DNA from: Dickeya solani IPO 2222
Lineage (GTDB): Bacteria; Pseudomonadota; Gammaproteobacteria; Enterobacterales; Enterobacteriaceae
Direction: 5' to 3'
Assembly: GCF_001644705.1 (NCBI RefSeq)
Contig: NZ_CP015137.1
Location: 4,290,001-4,322,000 of the forward strand
Length of the DNA: 32,000 nt
This document shows positions 9,032 through 17,208 of this stretch, piece by piece. Numbering within the stretch: the stretch's first letter is position 1; the number at the start of each line of letters is the position of its first letter. The notes below the pieces were generated by a model that did not search any database, was not told the DNA's origin, and saw nothing but the letters and a program-made list of their open reading frames with translations. A program made the translations under genes and the position numbers.

Positions 9032-10684
9032 TCAGGCGGTGAGGATATCGTTGAGGTCCTGTTCCACGGTAGTGATGGCGCGCATGCCGAACTTCTCGTT
9101 CAGAATCGCCAGCAGCGACGGGGTCAGGAAGCCGGGCGCGGTCGGACCGGTATAAATATTTTTCACGCCCAGCGCCAGCAACGTCAGCAGGATGACAATC
9201 GCTTTCTGTTCAAACCAGGACAGCACCAGACTCAGCGGCAGGTCGTTGACGCCACAGCCCAGTTTTTCCGCCAGATTGACCGCCAGCATGATAGCGGCGT
9301 AAGCGTCGTTGCACTGGCCGACATCCAGCAGACGCGGCAAGCCTTCCAGCGTACCGAAGTCCAGCTTATTGAAGCGGTATTTACCGCATGCCAGCGTCAT
9401 GATCAGGCAATCTTGCGGTACGTTGAGAGCGAAATCGGTGTAATAGCTGCGTTCGGTGCGGCTGCCGTCGCAACCGCCGACCAGAAAGACGTGGCGCAGT
9501 TTCTTGCTGGCGACCAGATCAATCACGGTATCGGCGGCGCTCAATAGGGTCTGGCGGCCAAAACCGACGGTAATCAGGTGTTCGATTTCACTGTATGGGA
9601 ACCCTGGCAGTTGCTGCGCCTGCGCGATCACGGTGCTGAAATCATCGCCTTCGAGGTGTTGCGCGCCCGGCCAGCCGACGATGCTGCGGGTCCAGATCCG
9701 GTCGGTATACTGGCCGACATTCGGATCGATGATGCAGTTGGAGGTCATTACGATCGGGCCGGGGAATTTGGCGAATTCGCTTTGCTGATTCTGCCAGCCG
9801 CTGCCGTAGTTGCCGACCAGATGGGAAAATTTCTTCAATTCCGGATAGCCGTGCGCCGGCAGCATTTCGCCGTGGGTATAGATATTGATGCCGGTGCCTT
9901 CGGTTTGTTCCAGCAGCATACGCAGGTCTTTCAGGTCATGGCCGGAAATCAGAATCGCCTTGCCCGCCACCGGGCGTACGTTAACCTGAGTCGGCTGCGG
10001 ATGACCGTAGGCGGAGGTTTCCCCCTGATCCAGTATCGCCATTACGCCGAAATTCATTTTGCCGATGGCCAGCGCGTTGCCGAGCAGGGTGTCGACATCG
10101 GTGGGCGCGGTGCCGAGCCAGGCCATAAACGCATGGTAGTCGGCGTATAATGCGTCATCGTGCTGTCCCAGCACATGCGCGTGTTCCATATAAGCAGCGG
10201 CGCCTTTCAGCCCATACAGGCACAGCATACGCAGCCCGTGGATATCTTCGCCAATAGCGGCTTTATCCTTATTCAACGCAAATTCGGCAGCCTGTTGCTG
10301 CAGCGTCGGGATATCATCGCCCGCCAGCTGTAGTTCCGCCATCGGGTGATCGACCGTGATAGCGGCGTCCAGCAGCCGGCAACGGGTTGCCAGCCCCTGA
10401 CGCAGACGAATCGCCTCGCGGGCGTAGCCGATGATACGCGGTGAATCAAAGTTCACGTTGGTCAGGGTAGAGAAGAAGGCGCGGGGAGCAAAACTGTCGA
10501 TCTCGTGGTCGATGATGCCCAGTGCGCGTGCCTGCAACGCCCAGGCAGACAGCCCCTGGAGAACGGCGACCAGCAGGTCCTGCAGGTCAGAAGTTTCGGC
10601 GGTCTTGCCGCACATGCCTTGCGCGTAGGCGCAACCGTTACTGGCCGGGGTTCGGATGGTCTGTTCACATTGCACACAATACAT
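9032..10684 (-). CDS. hcp: Hybrid-cluster protein Hcp (hydroxylamine/NO reductase)
   Basis: 550-aa ORF beginning [38 protein letters not shown], near-identical to the remembered E. coli Hcp N-terminal Cys cluster. It has the same length class and many collinear blocks ([30 protein letters not shown]). AAGGAAG precedes the ATG. Confidence 0.95.
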   Translation of the reverse strand: MYCVQCEQTIRTPASNGCAYAQGMCGKTAETSDLQDLLVAVLQGLSAWALQARALGIIDHEIDSFAPRAFFSTLTNVNFDSPRIIGYAREAIRLRQGLATRCRLLDAAITVDHPMAELQLAGDDIPTLQQQAAEFALNKDKAAIGEDIHGLRMLCLYGLKGAAAYMEHAHVLGQHDDALYADYHAFMAWLGTAPTDVDTLLGNALAIGKMNFGVMAILDQGETSAYGHPQPTQVNVRPVAGKAILISGHDLKDLRMLLEQTEGTGINIYTHGEMLPAHGYPELKKFSHLVGNYGSGWQNQQSEFAKFPGPIVMTSNCIIDPNVGQYTDRIWTRSIVGWPGAQHLEGDDFSTVIAQAQQLPGFPYSEIEHLITVGFGRQTLLSAADTVIDLVASKKLRHVFLVGGCDGSRTERSYYTDFALNVPQDCLIMTLACGKYRFNKLDFGTLEGLPRLLDVGQCNDAYAAIMLAVNLAEKLGCGVNDLPLSLVLSWFEQKAIVILLTLLALGVKNIYTGPTAPGFLTPSLLAILNEKFGMRAITTVEQDLNDILTA

Positions 10685-10701
10685 AATGGCTTCCTTTTTT
10701 A

Positions 10702-10724
10702 AAGTTGCATTTATAATGCTTGTT
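10702..10724. promoter_or_regulatory. NsrR-like imperfect palindrome in the hcp promoter/leader
   Basis: AAGTTGCATTT-A-TAATGCTTGTT resembles the 11-1-11 NsrR motif (AAnATGCATTT-n-AAATGCATnTT) with several mismatches in the right arm. It lies 18-40 nt upstream of the hcp ATG and overlaps TATAAA/TATGCT -10 candidates on the minus strand. Confidence 0.4.
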
Positions 10725-10785
10725 TAAAAGCATAGAACGGTTGCCGATGTCTAAAAAGATCTTTTATAGGCAATTTAAGGCGAAG

Positions 10786-10799
10786 TTGATTTAGCGCAA
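10786..10799. promoter_or_regulatory. FNR-like site upstream of hcp
   Basis: TTGAT-TTAG-CGCAA matches 8 of 10 positions of TTGAT-N4-ATCAA. Its centre is about 108 nt upstream of the hcp ATG. That is compatible with a far-upstream class-I position like the one described for E. coli hcp if the leader is about 35 nt. Confidence 0.4.
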
Positions 10800-10935
10800 T
10801 TTTACTTGTGGATGACAATCACTCGCATTCACAGGGCATTTTTATGCGTCGCGAGGCAGATCCGAGGCGTAGGGCTTGACCCTGCCGCGTTTTTATCGTC
10901 ATTCTCGTGAGAAGACCCCAGAACAGGAGGCGCGG

Positions 10936-12597
10936 ATGTATCTGGAAAGAGTCGAGATTCTTGGATTCCGTGGTATTAATCGGCTGTCGCTAACGCTGGA
11001 CGACAATACCGTGCTGATCGGCGAAAACGCCTGGGGCAAGTCCAGCCTGCTGGATGCGCTCTCGCTGCTGCTGACACCATCGCCACCGCTTTATCACTTT
11101 GATCTGCAAGATTTTCATTTTACGCCGGGTGACGAAGCCAGCCGCGAGCGTCACCTGCAGGTGATTTTCACGTTTTGCGAATCTGCGCCCGGTCACCATC
11201 TGGCTCCTCGTTATCGCTCGTTATCACCGGTATGGATCAAGGGTGAAGGGCGGTTGCACCGTATTTTCTATCGGCTGGAAGGGGAAATGGATGAAAGCCA
11301 GGCGATCTTTACCTGGCGCAGCTTTCTGGATGCCGATGGTCAGGCGCTGCCGCTGGACAATATCGACTGGCTGGCCAGCGAAGTGATTCGCCTGCATCCG
11401 GTGCTGCGGCTGCGTGACGCCCGCTTTATTCGCCGTTTTCGCACCGGCACGCTGATGCCGCAAATCGATGATAACGATCGGCTATCGCGCCAGTTTGAGA
11501 CGCTGGTGCGCGAACTGGCGCAAAATCCCAACCGGCTGACTAATCAGGAGCTGCGGCAGGGGCTGGTGGCGATGCGCCAACTGGTCGAGCACTATTTTTC
11601 CGAACAGGGCGCGGATCCGAACGATCGGCGCCACCATCGCCATGCGCGCGCAGGCAATGGCCGGGCATGGCGCTCGCTGGATAACATCAACCGCATGATT
11701 TCCGGCCCCAACAGCCGCAGCCGCCGTATTATCCTGCTGGAGCTGTTTTCTACCCTGCTGCAGGCCAAGGGTTCCACGGCGCTAGATCCGCACGCCCGGC
11801 CGCTGCTGCTGATTGAAGACCCGGAAACCCGGCTGCACCCTATCATGCTGTCGGTGGCGTGGGGGCTGCTGACACAGTTGCCGCTGCAAAAAATCACCAC
11901 CACCAATTCCGGCGAATTGCTGTCGCTGGTGCCGGTAGAACAGGTTTGCCGTCTGGTACGCGAATCGGCGAAGGTCGCTACCTACCGTATCGGCCGTCAG
12001 GGCATGACGCAGGAAGATAGTCGCCGCATTACCTTTCATATTCGGTTTAATCGTCCGGCGTCGCTATTCGCGCGCTGCTGGCTACTGGTGGAAGGCGAAA
12101 CCGAAGTCTGGATGCTCAGTGAACTGGCGCGCCAGTGCGGTCACCACTTCGAAGCGGAAGGGGTGAGGGTGATCGAGTTTGCTCAGGTGGGGTTAAAACC
12201 GCTACTGAAGTTCGCCTCTCGCATGGGCATCGAATGGCATGTGCTGGTGGATGGCGATGACGCCGGGAAAAAGTACGCCGCCACCGCTCGCAGCCTGCTG
12301 CAATCGCAGAGTGAATCCGAACGCGACCATTTGACCGTGCTGCCGGCGCTGGATATGGAGCATTTCATGTATCGCAACGGCTTTAGTCAGGTCTATCACC
12401 GGGTGGCGCAGTTGCCGGAACCGGTGCCGCTGTCGGCGGCCAAGGTTATCACCAAGGCGATTCACCGAACCTCCAAGCCGGATCTGGCGATTGAAGTGGC
12501 GCTGGAAGCGGCATCTCAGGGGGAGTCGGCCATCCCGCCGCTGATTCGCAGCATGTTTTCACGGGTGTTGTGGCTGGCGCGTGGGCGGGCGGATTAG
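10936..12597 (+). CDS. ybjD: YbjD: OLD-family nuclease homologue (N-terminal ABC-type ATPase plus C-terminal TOPRIM)
   Basis: Start placed at the ATG at 10936 (MYLERVEILGFRGINRLSL), preceded by AGGAGG at 10925-10930. This matches the E. coli YbjD N-terminus MILERVEIVGFRGINRLSL and gives 553 aa. Walker A GENAWGKSS (11020-11043), Walker B-like LLLIEDPETRLHP, a TOPRIM Glu (LLVEGETEVW) and DxD (VLVDGDDAGKKY) are all visible. The upstream TTG start at 10876 in the track is unsupported. Confidence 0.9.
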   Translation: MYLERVEILGFRGINRLSLTLDDNTVLIGENAWGKSSLLDALSLLLTPSPPLYHFDLQDFHFTPGDEASRERHLQVIFTFCESAPGHHLAPRYRSLSPVWIKGEGRLHRIFYRLEGEMDESQAIFTWRSFLDADGQALPLDNIDWLASEVIRLHPVLRLRDARFIRRFRTGTLMPQIDDNDRLSRQFETLVRELAQNPNRLTNQELRQGLVAMRQLVEHYFSEQGADPNDRRHHRHARAGNGRAWRSLDNINRMISGPNSRSRRIILLELFSTLLQAKGSTALDPHARPLLLIEDPETRLHPIMLSVAWGLLTQLPLQKITTTNSGELLSLVPVEQVCRLVRESAKVATYRIGRQGMTQEDSRRITFHIRFNRPASLFARCWLLVEGETEVWMLSELARQCGHHFEAEGVRVIEFAQVGLKPLLKFASRMGIEWHVLVDGDDAGKKYAATARSLLQSQSESERDHLTVLPALDMEHFMYRNGFSQVYHRVAQLPEPVPLSAAKVITKAIHRTSKPDLAIEVALEAASQGESAIPPLIRSMFSRVLWLARGRAD

Positions 12598-12626
12598 GTG
12601 TTGTTTCACGCCTGAACCTGTCTGTC

Positions 12627-12656
12627 GCGGGGAGAGAATATGCGGGGAGAGAGTAT
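12627..12656. repeat. 15-bp tandem duplication (GCGGGGAGAGARTAT x2)
   Basis: GCGGGGAGAGAATAT (12627-12641) is followed directly by GCGGGGAGAGAGTAT (12642-12656). It lies in the convergent ybjD/cspD spacer and abuts the terminator hairpin. Confidence 0.85.
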
Positions 12657-12660
12657 AAAG

Positions 12661-12687
12661 AATGCCGGCCGCCCGGCGACCGGCATT
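12661..12687. terminator. Hairpin terminator in the convergent ybjD/cspD spacer (best fit as the cspD terminator)
   Basis: AATGCCGG (12661-12668) pairs with CCGGCATT (12680-12687) around a GC-rich 11-nt loop. On the minus strand it is followed by the pyrimidine-rich tail TCTTTATACTCTCTCCCC. The plus-strand tail is not U-rich. Confidence 0.6.
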
Positions 12688-12749
12688 GGACTCGTTTGAC
12701 CTGGTCACAGGAATTAAAGGAGAAAGATCGGAAAGCGTGGGGTGAACAT

Positions 12750-12971
12750 TCAGGCGACCGTTTCGCCGACTACCGGCACGATCAGACTGGCGTGATTTCC
12801 TTTGGGTCCCTGGTGCACGGTGAATTGCACTACCTGACCTGCTTTCAGGGTCCTGTAGCCGTCCATCTGAATGGTTGAGTAATGGGCGAATATATCTTCA
12901 CCGCCGCTTTCGGGACAAATAAAGCCAAAGCCTTTGGCGTTATTGAACCATTTAACAGTACCTGTCTCCAT
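12750..12971 (-). CDS. cspD: Stationary-phase cold-shock-domain protein CspD
   Basis: 73-aa ORF METGTVKWFNNAKGFGFICPESGGEDIFAHYSTIQMDGYRTLKAGQ..., near-identical to remembered E. coli CspD, with RNP1 (KGFGFI) and RNP2-like motifs. It is divergent from clpS, as in E. coli. Confidence 0.95.
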   Translation of the reverse strand: METGTVKWFNNAKGFGFICPESGGEDIFAHYSTIQMDGYRTLKAGQVVQFTVHQGPKGNHASLIVPVVGETVA

Positions 12972-13295
12972 GCATCTTCATCCTTCGGCTAGAGTGTTCT
13001 CTAAGGTGAGGTTATTGGGTTAAGGCAAAACCGAATTGATTAAAACAACATCAATTCAACTCTACACTCTAGTGAAATCGCCCTTGCCGTCAAGCACCCG
13101 AATCCGACACTTTGCCGCAGGTTTGTGAAAATTTGATACAGATAACGCTATTGTCGGGTTTTATTGCCGTTAATATCAGAGAGGGTGCGTTTTTGGGGGC
13201 TGAGCGATTTCTACCGGGCGGTGATACAATAAAAATCAGGCATGCTGCTGTGAAGACAGCCAGCGGATAAGTATCAGAACTGATTTGGATAGAAG

Positions 13296-13616
13296 ATGGG
13301 AAATCATAGCACTGGGGCGCAGACTGACGACCTGACCAAAGAACATTATGCTGAAGCCTTACAGCCGCCATCGATGTATAAAGTGATACTTAACAACGAT
13401 GATTACACGCCGATGGAATTTGTTATTGACGTTCTGCAAAAGTTCTTTTCTTATGATATTGAACGTGCAACGCAACTGATGCTTACGGTTCATCATCAGG
13501 GCAAGGCCATCTGCGGCGTCTACAGCGCCGAGGTGGCTGAAACCAAGGTGGCTCAGGTGAACCGTTATGCCCGGGAGAACGAGCATCCATTGCTTTGTAC
13601 GCTGGAAAAAGCCTGA
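13296..13616 (+). CDS. clpS: ClpS, N-degron adaptor of ClpAP
   Basis: 106 aa, the same length as E. coli ClpS. The core is near-identical ([40 protein letters not shown]...[13 protein letters not shown]). Confidence 0.95.
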   Translation: MGNHSTGAQTDDLTKEHYAEALQPPSMYKVILNNDDYTPMEFVIDVLQKFFSYDIERATQLMLTVHHQGKAICGVYSAEVAETKVAQVNRYARENEHPLLCTLEKA

Positions 13617-13644
13617 ATAGGGCAATTTATTGGGGGAGGTGCCT

Positions 13645-15921
13645 ATGCTCAATCAAGAACTGGAACTCAGTCTCAACATGGCTTTCGCCAGAGCGCGCGA
13701 GCACCGGCATGAGTTTATGACCGTGGAACATCTGTTGCTGGCGCTGCTCAGCAACCCCTCCGCACGAGAGGCATTGGAAGCCTGTACGGTCGATCTGGCG
13801 GTTCTGCGTCAGGAACTGGAAACCTTTATCGAACAGACCACGCCCACGCTGCCGCAAAATGATGAAGAACGGGATACCCAGCCGACGCTGAGTTTCCAGC
13901 GGGTGCTGCAGCGCGCTGTGTTCCACGTGCAGTCGTCCGGGCGCAGCGAGGTGTCCGGCGCCAACGTGCTGGTCGCTATCTTCAGCGAGCAGGAATCCCA
14001 GGCGGCCTACCTGCTACGCAAACACGACGTCAGCCGGTTGGATGTGGTGAATTTCATTTCTCACGGTACGCGCAAAGAAGAGTCCGGTCCGGCGGCAAAC
14101 CCGGAAAATCCGGTTAACGAAGAACAGGCTGGCGGGGAGGAGCGTATGGAAAACTTCACCACAAATCTCAACCAGCTTGCCCGGGTGGGGGGCATCGACC
14201 CGCTGATTGGCCGCGACAGCGAACTGGAGCGCACCATTCAGGTATTGTGCCGTCGCCGTAAAAACAACCCGCTGCTGGTGGGCGAATCCGGCGTAGGGAA
14301 AACGGCTATCGCCGAAGGGTTGGCCTGGCGCATCGTGCAGGGCGACGTGCCGGAGGTGATGGCCGACTGCACGCTCTACTCGCTGGATATCGGCTCGTTG
14401 CTGGCGGGCACCAAATACCGCGGCGACTTTGAAAAACGCTTTAAAGCGCTGCTCAAGCAACTGGAGCAGGATAAGAGCAGCATTCTGTTTATTGATGAAA
14501 TTCACACCATTATCGGCGCTGGCGCGGCTTCCGGCGGCCAGGTGGACGCGGCTAACCTGATCAAGCCGCTGCTGTCCAGCGGCAAGATTCGCGTGATTGG
14601 CTCTACCACGTATCAGGAATTCAGCAATATCTTCGAAAAAGATCGCGCGCTGGCACGTCGCTTCCAGAAAATCGACATTACCGAGCCGAGCGTGGAAGAG
14701 ACGGTGCAGATCATCAACGGTCTGAAGCCGAAATACGAAGCGCATCACGATGTGCGTTATACCGCCAAGGCGATTCGTGCGGCGGTGGAACTGGCGGTGA
14801 AATACATTAATGACCGTCATCTGCCGGACAAAGCGATCGACGTGATCGATGAGGCCGGCGCCCGTTGCCGCCTGTTGCCGGTGAGTAAACGCAAGAAAAC
14901 CGTCAATGTGGCGGATATTGAATCGGTCGTCGCCCGCATCGCCCGCATTCCGGAGAAAACCGTTTCCGCCAGCGACCGTGATGTGCTGCGCAATCTGGGC
15001 GATCGTCTGAAGATGCTGGTGTTCGGGCAGGATAAAGCCATTGAGGCGCTGACTGAAGCCATCAAGATGAGCCGTGCCGGTCTGGGGCATGAACGCAAAC
15101 CGGTCGGGTCGTTCCTGTTTGCCGGTCCGACCGGGGTCGGGAAAACGGAAGTCACGGTACAACTGGCGAAAGCGCTGGATATTGAGTTGTTGCGCTTCGA
15201 TATGTCTGAATACATGGAACGCCATACGGTCAGCCGACTGATCGGCGCGCCTCCGGGCTACGTGGGCTACGATCAGGGCGGCCTGCTCACCGATGCGGTG
15301 ATCAAGCATCCGCATTCGGTGCTGCTGCTTGATGAGATCGAGAAAGCGCATCCGGATGTGTTCAACCTGCTGTTGCAGGTCATGGACAACGGCACACTGA
15401 CCGATAACAACGGCCGCAAGGCGGACTTCCGCAATGTGATCGTGGTAATGACCACCAATGCCGGGGTGCGGGAAACCCAGCGTAAGTCCATTGGTCTTAT
15501 CCAGCAGGATAACAGCAGCGATGCGATGGAAGAGATCAAGAAGGTCTTTACGCCGGAATTCCGCAACCGTCTGGATGGCATTATCTGGTTCAACCACCTG
15601 TCTGCGGAAGTGATTCAGCAAGTGGTGGACAAGTTTATTGTCGAGCTGCAGGCACAACTGGATGCCAAAGGCGTGTCGCTGGAAGTCAGCGAAGAAGCGC
15701 GCAACTGGCTGGCGGAAAAAGGTTACGACAAAGCGATGGGCGCGCGGCCGATGGCGCGCGTCATTCAGGAAAACCTCAAGAAACCGCTGGCCAATGAGCT
15801 GCTGTTTGGCTCGCTGGTGGACGGCGGTTCCGTGAAAGTGGAACTGGATAAGGCTGCCCAGCAGTTGACTTATCGCTTCCTGAGCGCACAAAAGACTAAA
15901 GCCGAAGGCGCGGTTCACTAA
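13645..15921 (+). CDS. clpA: ClpA, AAA+ unfoldase subunit of ClpAP protease
   Basis: Start at the ATG at 13645 ([35 protein letters not shown]), preceded by GGGGGAGG. This gives 758 aa, the same as E. coli ClpA. It has two AAA modules with Walker A GESGVGKT and GPTGVGKT. The 5-codon upstream extension in the track is not homologous. Confidence 0.96.
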   Translation: MLNQELELSLNMAFARAREHRHEFMTVEHLLLALLSNPSAREALEACTVDLAVLRQELETFIEQTTPTLPQNDEERDTQPTLSFQRVLQRAVFHVQSSGRSEVSGANVLVAIFSEQESQAAYLLRKHDVSRLDVVNFISHGTRKEESGPAANPENPVNEEQAGGEERMENFTTNLNQLARVGGIDPLIGRDSELERTIQVLCRRRKNNPLLVGESGVGKTAIAEGLAWRIVQGDVPEVMADCTLYSLDIGSLLAGTKYRGDFEKRFKALLKQLEQDKSSILFIDEIHTIIGAGAASGGQVDAANLIKPLLSSGKIRVIGSTTYQEFSNIFEKDRALARRFQKIDITEPSVEETVQIINGLKPKYEAHHDVRYTAKAIRAAVELAVKYINDRHLPDKAIDVIDEAGARCRLLPVSKRKKTVNVADIESVVARIARIPEKTVSASDRDVLRNLGDRLKMLVFGQDKAIEALTEAIKMSRAGLGHERKPVGSFLFAGPTGVGKTEVTVQLAKALDIELLRFDMSEYMERHTVSRLIGAPPGYVGYDQGGLLTDAVIKHPHSVLLLDEIEKAHPDVFNLLLQVMDNGTLTDNNGRKADFRNVIVVMTTNAGVRETQRKSIGLIQQDNSSDAMEEIKKVFTPEFRNRLDGIIWFNHLSAEVIQQVVDKFIVELQAQLDAKGVSLEVSEEARNWLAEKGYDKAMGARPMARVIQENLKKPLANELLFGSLVDGGSVKVELDKAAQQLTYRFLSAQKTKAEGAVH

Positions 15922-15956
15922 GTGACGAATTGATACGACGTCACGCTAAAAACGCA

Positions 15957-15983
15957 AAAGGGCATCGTCAGATGCCCTTTTTC
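15957..15983 (+). terminator. Rho-independent terminator of clpA
   Basis: AAAGGGCATC-GTCA-GATGCCCTTT is a 10-bp perfect stem with a 4-nt loop. It runs into TTTTT (15978-15982), 35 nt after the clpA stop. Confidence 0.85.
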
Positions 15984-15986
15984 ATG

Positions 15987-16018
15987 TCGCTCTCATCACT
16001 GAATCGCTCATCACTGAA
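15987..16018. repeat. Short tandem duplication TCGC(TC)TCATCACTGAA x2
   Basis: TCGCTCTCATCACTGAA (15987-16003) is followed directly by TCGCTCATCACTGAA (16004-16018). It lies between the clpA and infA terminators. Confidence 0.8.
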
Positions 16019-16077
16019 TTTGGCGATAGCGTGCCCGCATCGTCTAAATGGATAGGCGGGTAAGTAACGGACACCCT

Positions 16078-16110
16078 TAAAATGCAAACGCCCTCACCAG
16101 AGGTAAGGGC
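16078..16110 (-). terminator. Rho-independent terminator of infA
   Basis: Minus-strand stem GCCCUUACC-UCU-GGUGAGGGC (9 bp with one G-U, complement of 16090-16110) is followed by GUUUGCAUUUUUAA. A smaller hairpin, CATCGCC-TCA-GGCGATG (16132-16148), lies just after the infA stop. Confidence 0.7.
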
Positions 16111-16157
16111 AGAAAGGCAAACATCCGGACGCATCGCCTCAGGCGATGACGTGGCTG

Positions 16158-16394
<237 letters not shown>

Positions 16395-16467
16395 TTACCT
16401 TAGTTTTTAACCGGCAAGATAATGCCGAAAAACCCTCATTATGTAAAGGCGCGTGAGTGGCTGCCGC

Positions 16468-17202
16468 TCATTTATCCCCTTCGGAAGGGGTGTCATCAAC
16501 CGCTACATCAAGGGGTTGTGGATACCAGCAACCGTCAATTAATGCAGCCTGTTGCAGCCGATTTAACTCGTACAAAAACTCGCGCCGGGGAATGTCACAG
16601 GCGCCCAGCGAGGCAGTATGGTCGTTGAGCACCTGGCAATCAATCAACTGGCCGCCGTGGCGCACAAAATGCTGCATAAACGCCGCCAGCGCGTATTTGG
16701 ACGCGTTATCCGCCCGGCTGAACATCGATTCGCCGCAAAACAACGCACCCTGAGCGATGCCGTACAAGCCGCCGACCAACTGGGCGCCACGCCAGACCTC
16801 GACCGAGTGCGCCAGCCCGGACAGATGCAACTGAATATAGGAGTGCACGATGTCGCTGCCAATCCAGGTGCCTTCCTCGCGCTCGCTGGCACAGGCGGAA
16901 ATCACCGCGTCAAACGCCTGATTCAGTGTGACCCGATAATCGGTGCGGCGCATGAATTTTTTCATGCTGCGGCTGAGGTGGAGCTGCGCCGGGAACAGCA
17001 CCGCACGTGGGTCCGGACACCACCACAGGTTCGGCTCTCCCGGTGAAAACCACGGGAAAATCCCCTGACGATAGGCGCTTAGCAGACGCTCGGGCGACAG
17101 GTCGCCACCGTAGGCCAACAGACCATTGGGATCCCGCAGCGCGGTTTCCGGGTTAGGAAACTGCAGCGAAAACGGGGACAGTTCATACAACAGCATGCGC
17201 AC
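16468..17202 (-). CDS. aat: Leucyl/phenylalanyl-tRNA--protein transferase
   Basis: 244-aa ORF collinear with remembered E. coli Aat ([61 protein letters not shown]). It lies 6 bp downstream of cydC, as in E. coli. Confidence 0.93.
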   Translation of the reverse strand: MRMLLYELSPFSLQFPNPETALRDPNGLLAYGGDLSPERLLSAYRQGIFPWFSPGEPNLWWCPDPRAVLFPAQLHLSRSMKKFMRRTDYRVTLNQAFDAVISACASEREEGTWIGSDIVHSYIQLHLSGLAHSVEVWRGAQLVGGLYGIAQGALFCGESMFSRADNASKYALAAFMQHFVRHGGQLIDCQVLNDHTASLGACDIPRREFLYELNRLQQAALIDGCWYPQPLDVAVDDTPSEGDK

Positions 17203-17208
17203 CTCGGC

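Noticed and set aside
10800-10860. NarL/NarP 7-2-7 site upstream of the FNR-like site in the hcp promoter.
   Set aside because: The best heptamer (TACTTGT at about 10803) has no acceptable inverted partner at a 2-bp spacing.
12998-13032. MqsA-type palindrome (ACCT-N2-4-AGGT) in the cspD promoter, as reported for E. coli.
   Set aside because: The only candidates are AAGGTGAGGTTA and TTAAGG, and these are direct rather than inverted repeats.
14014-15918. 634-aa ORF antisense to clpA. Similar long antisense ORFs occur opposite ftsK (25706-26611), cydD (19658-20563), serS (29238-29972), trxB (21030-21812), amiD (5303-6142), lolA (26821-27369), artQ (2638-3210) and hcp (9578-10150).
   Set aside because: Each lies wholly inside a gene whose product is unmistakably homologous to a known protein. 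Their translations are Arg/His/Gln/Gly-rich with no recognisable motifs. Long stop-free antisense frames are expected in GC-rich, codon-biased genes.
15922-16157. tRNA-Ser (serW) expected between clpA and infA.
   Set aside because: Neither strand has an acceptor-stem/T-arm pattern or a GGTTCGAATCC-like box. The space is filled by two terminators and a short duplication.
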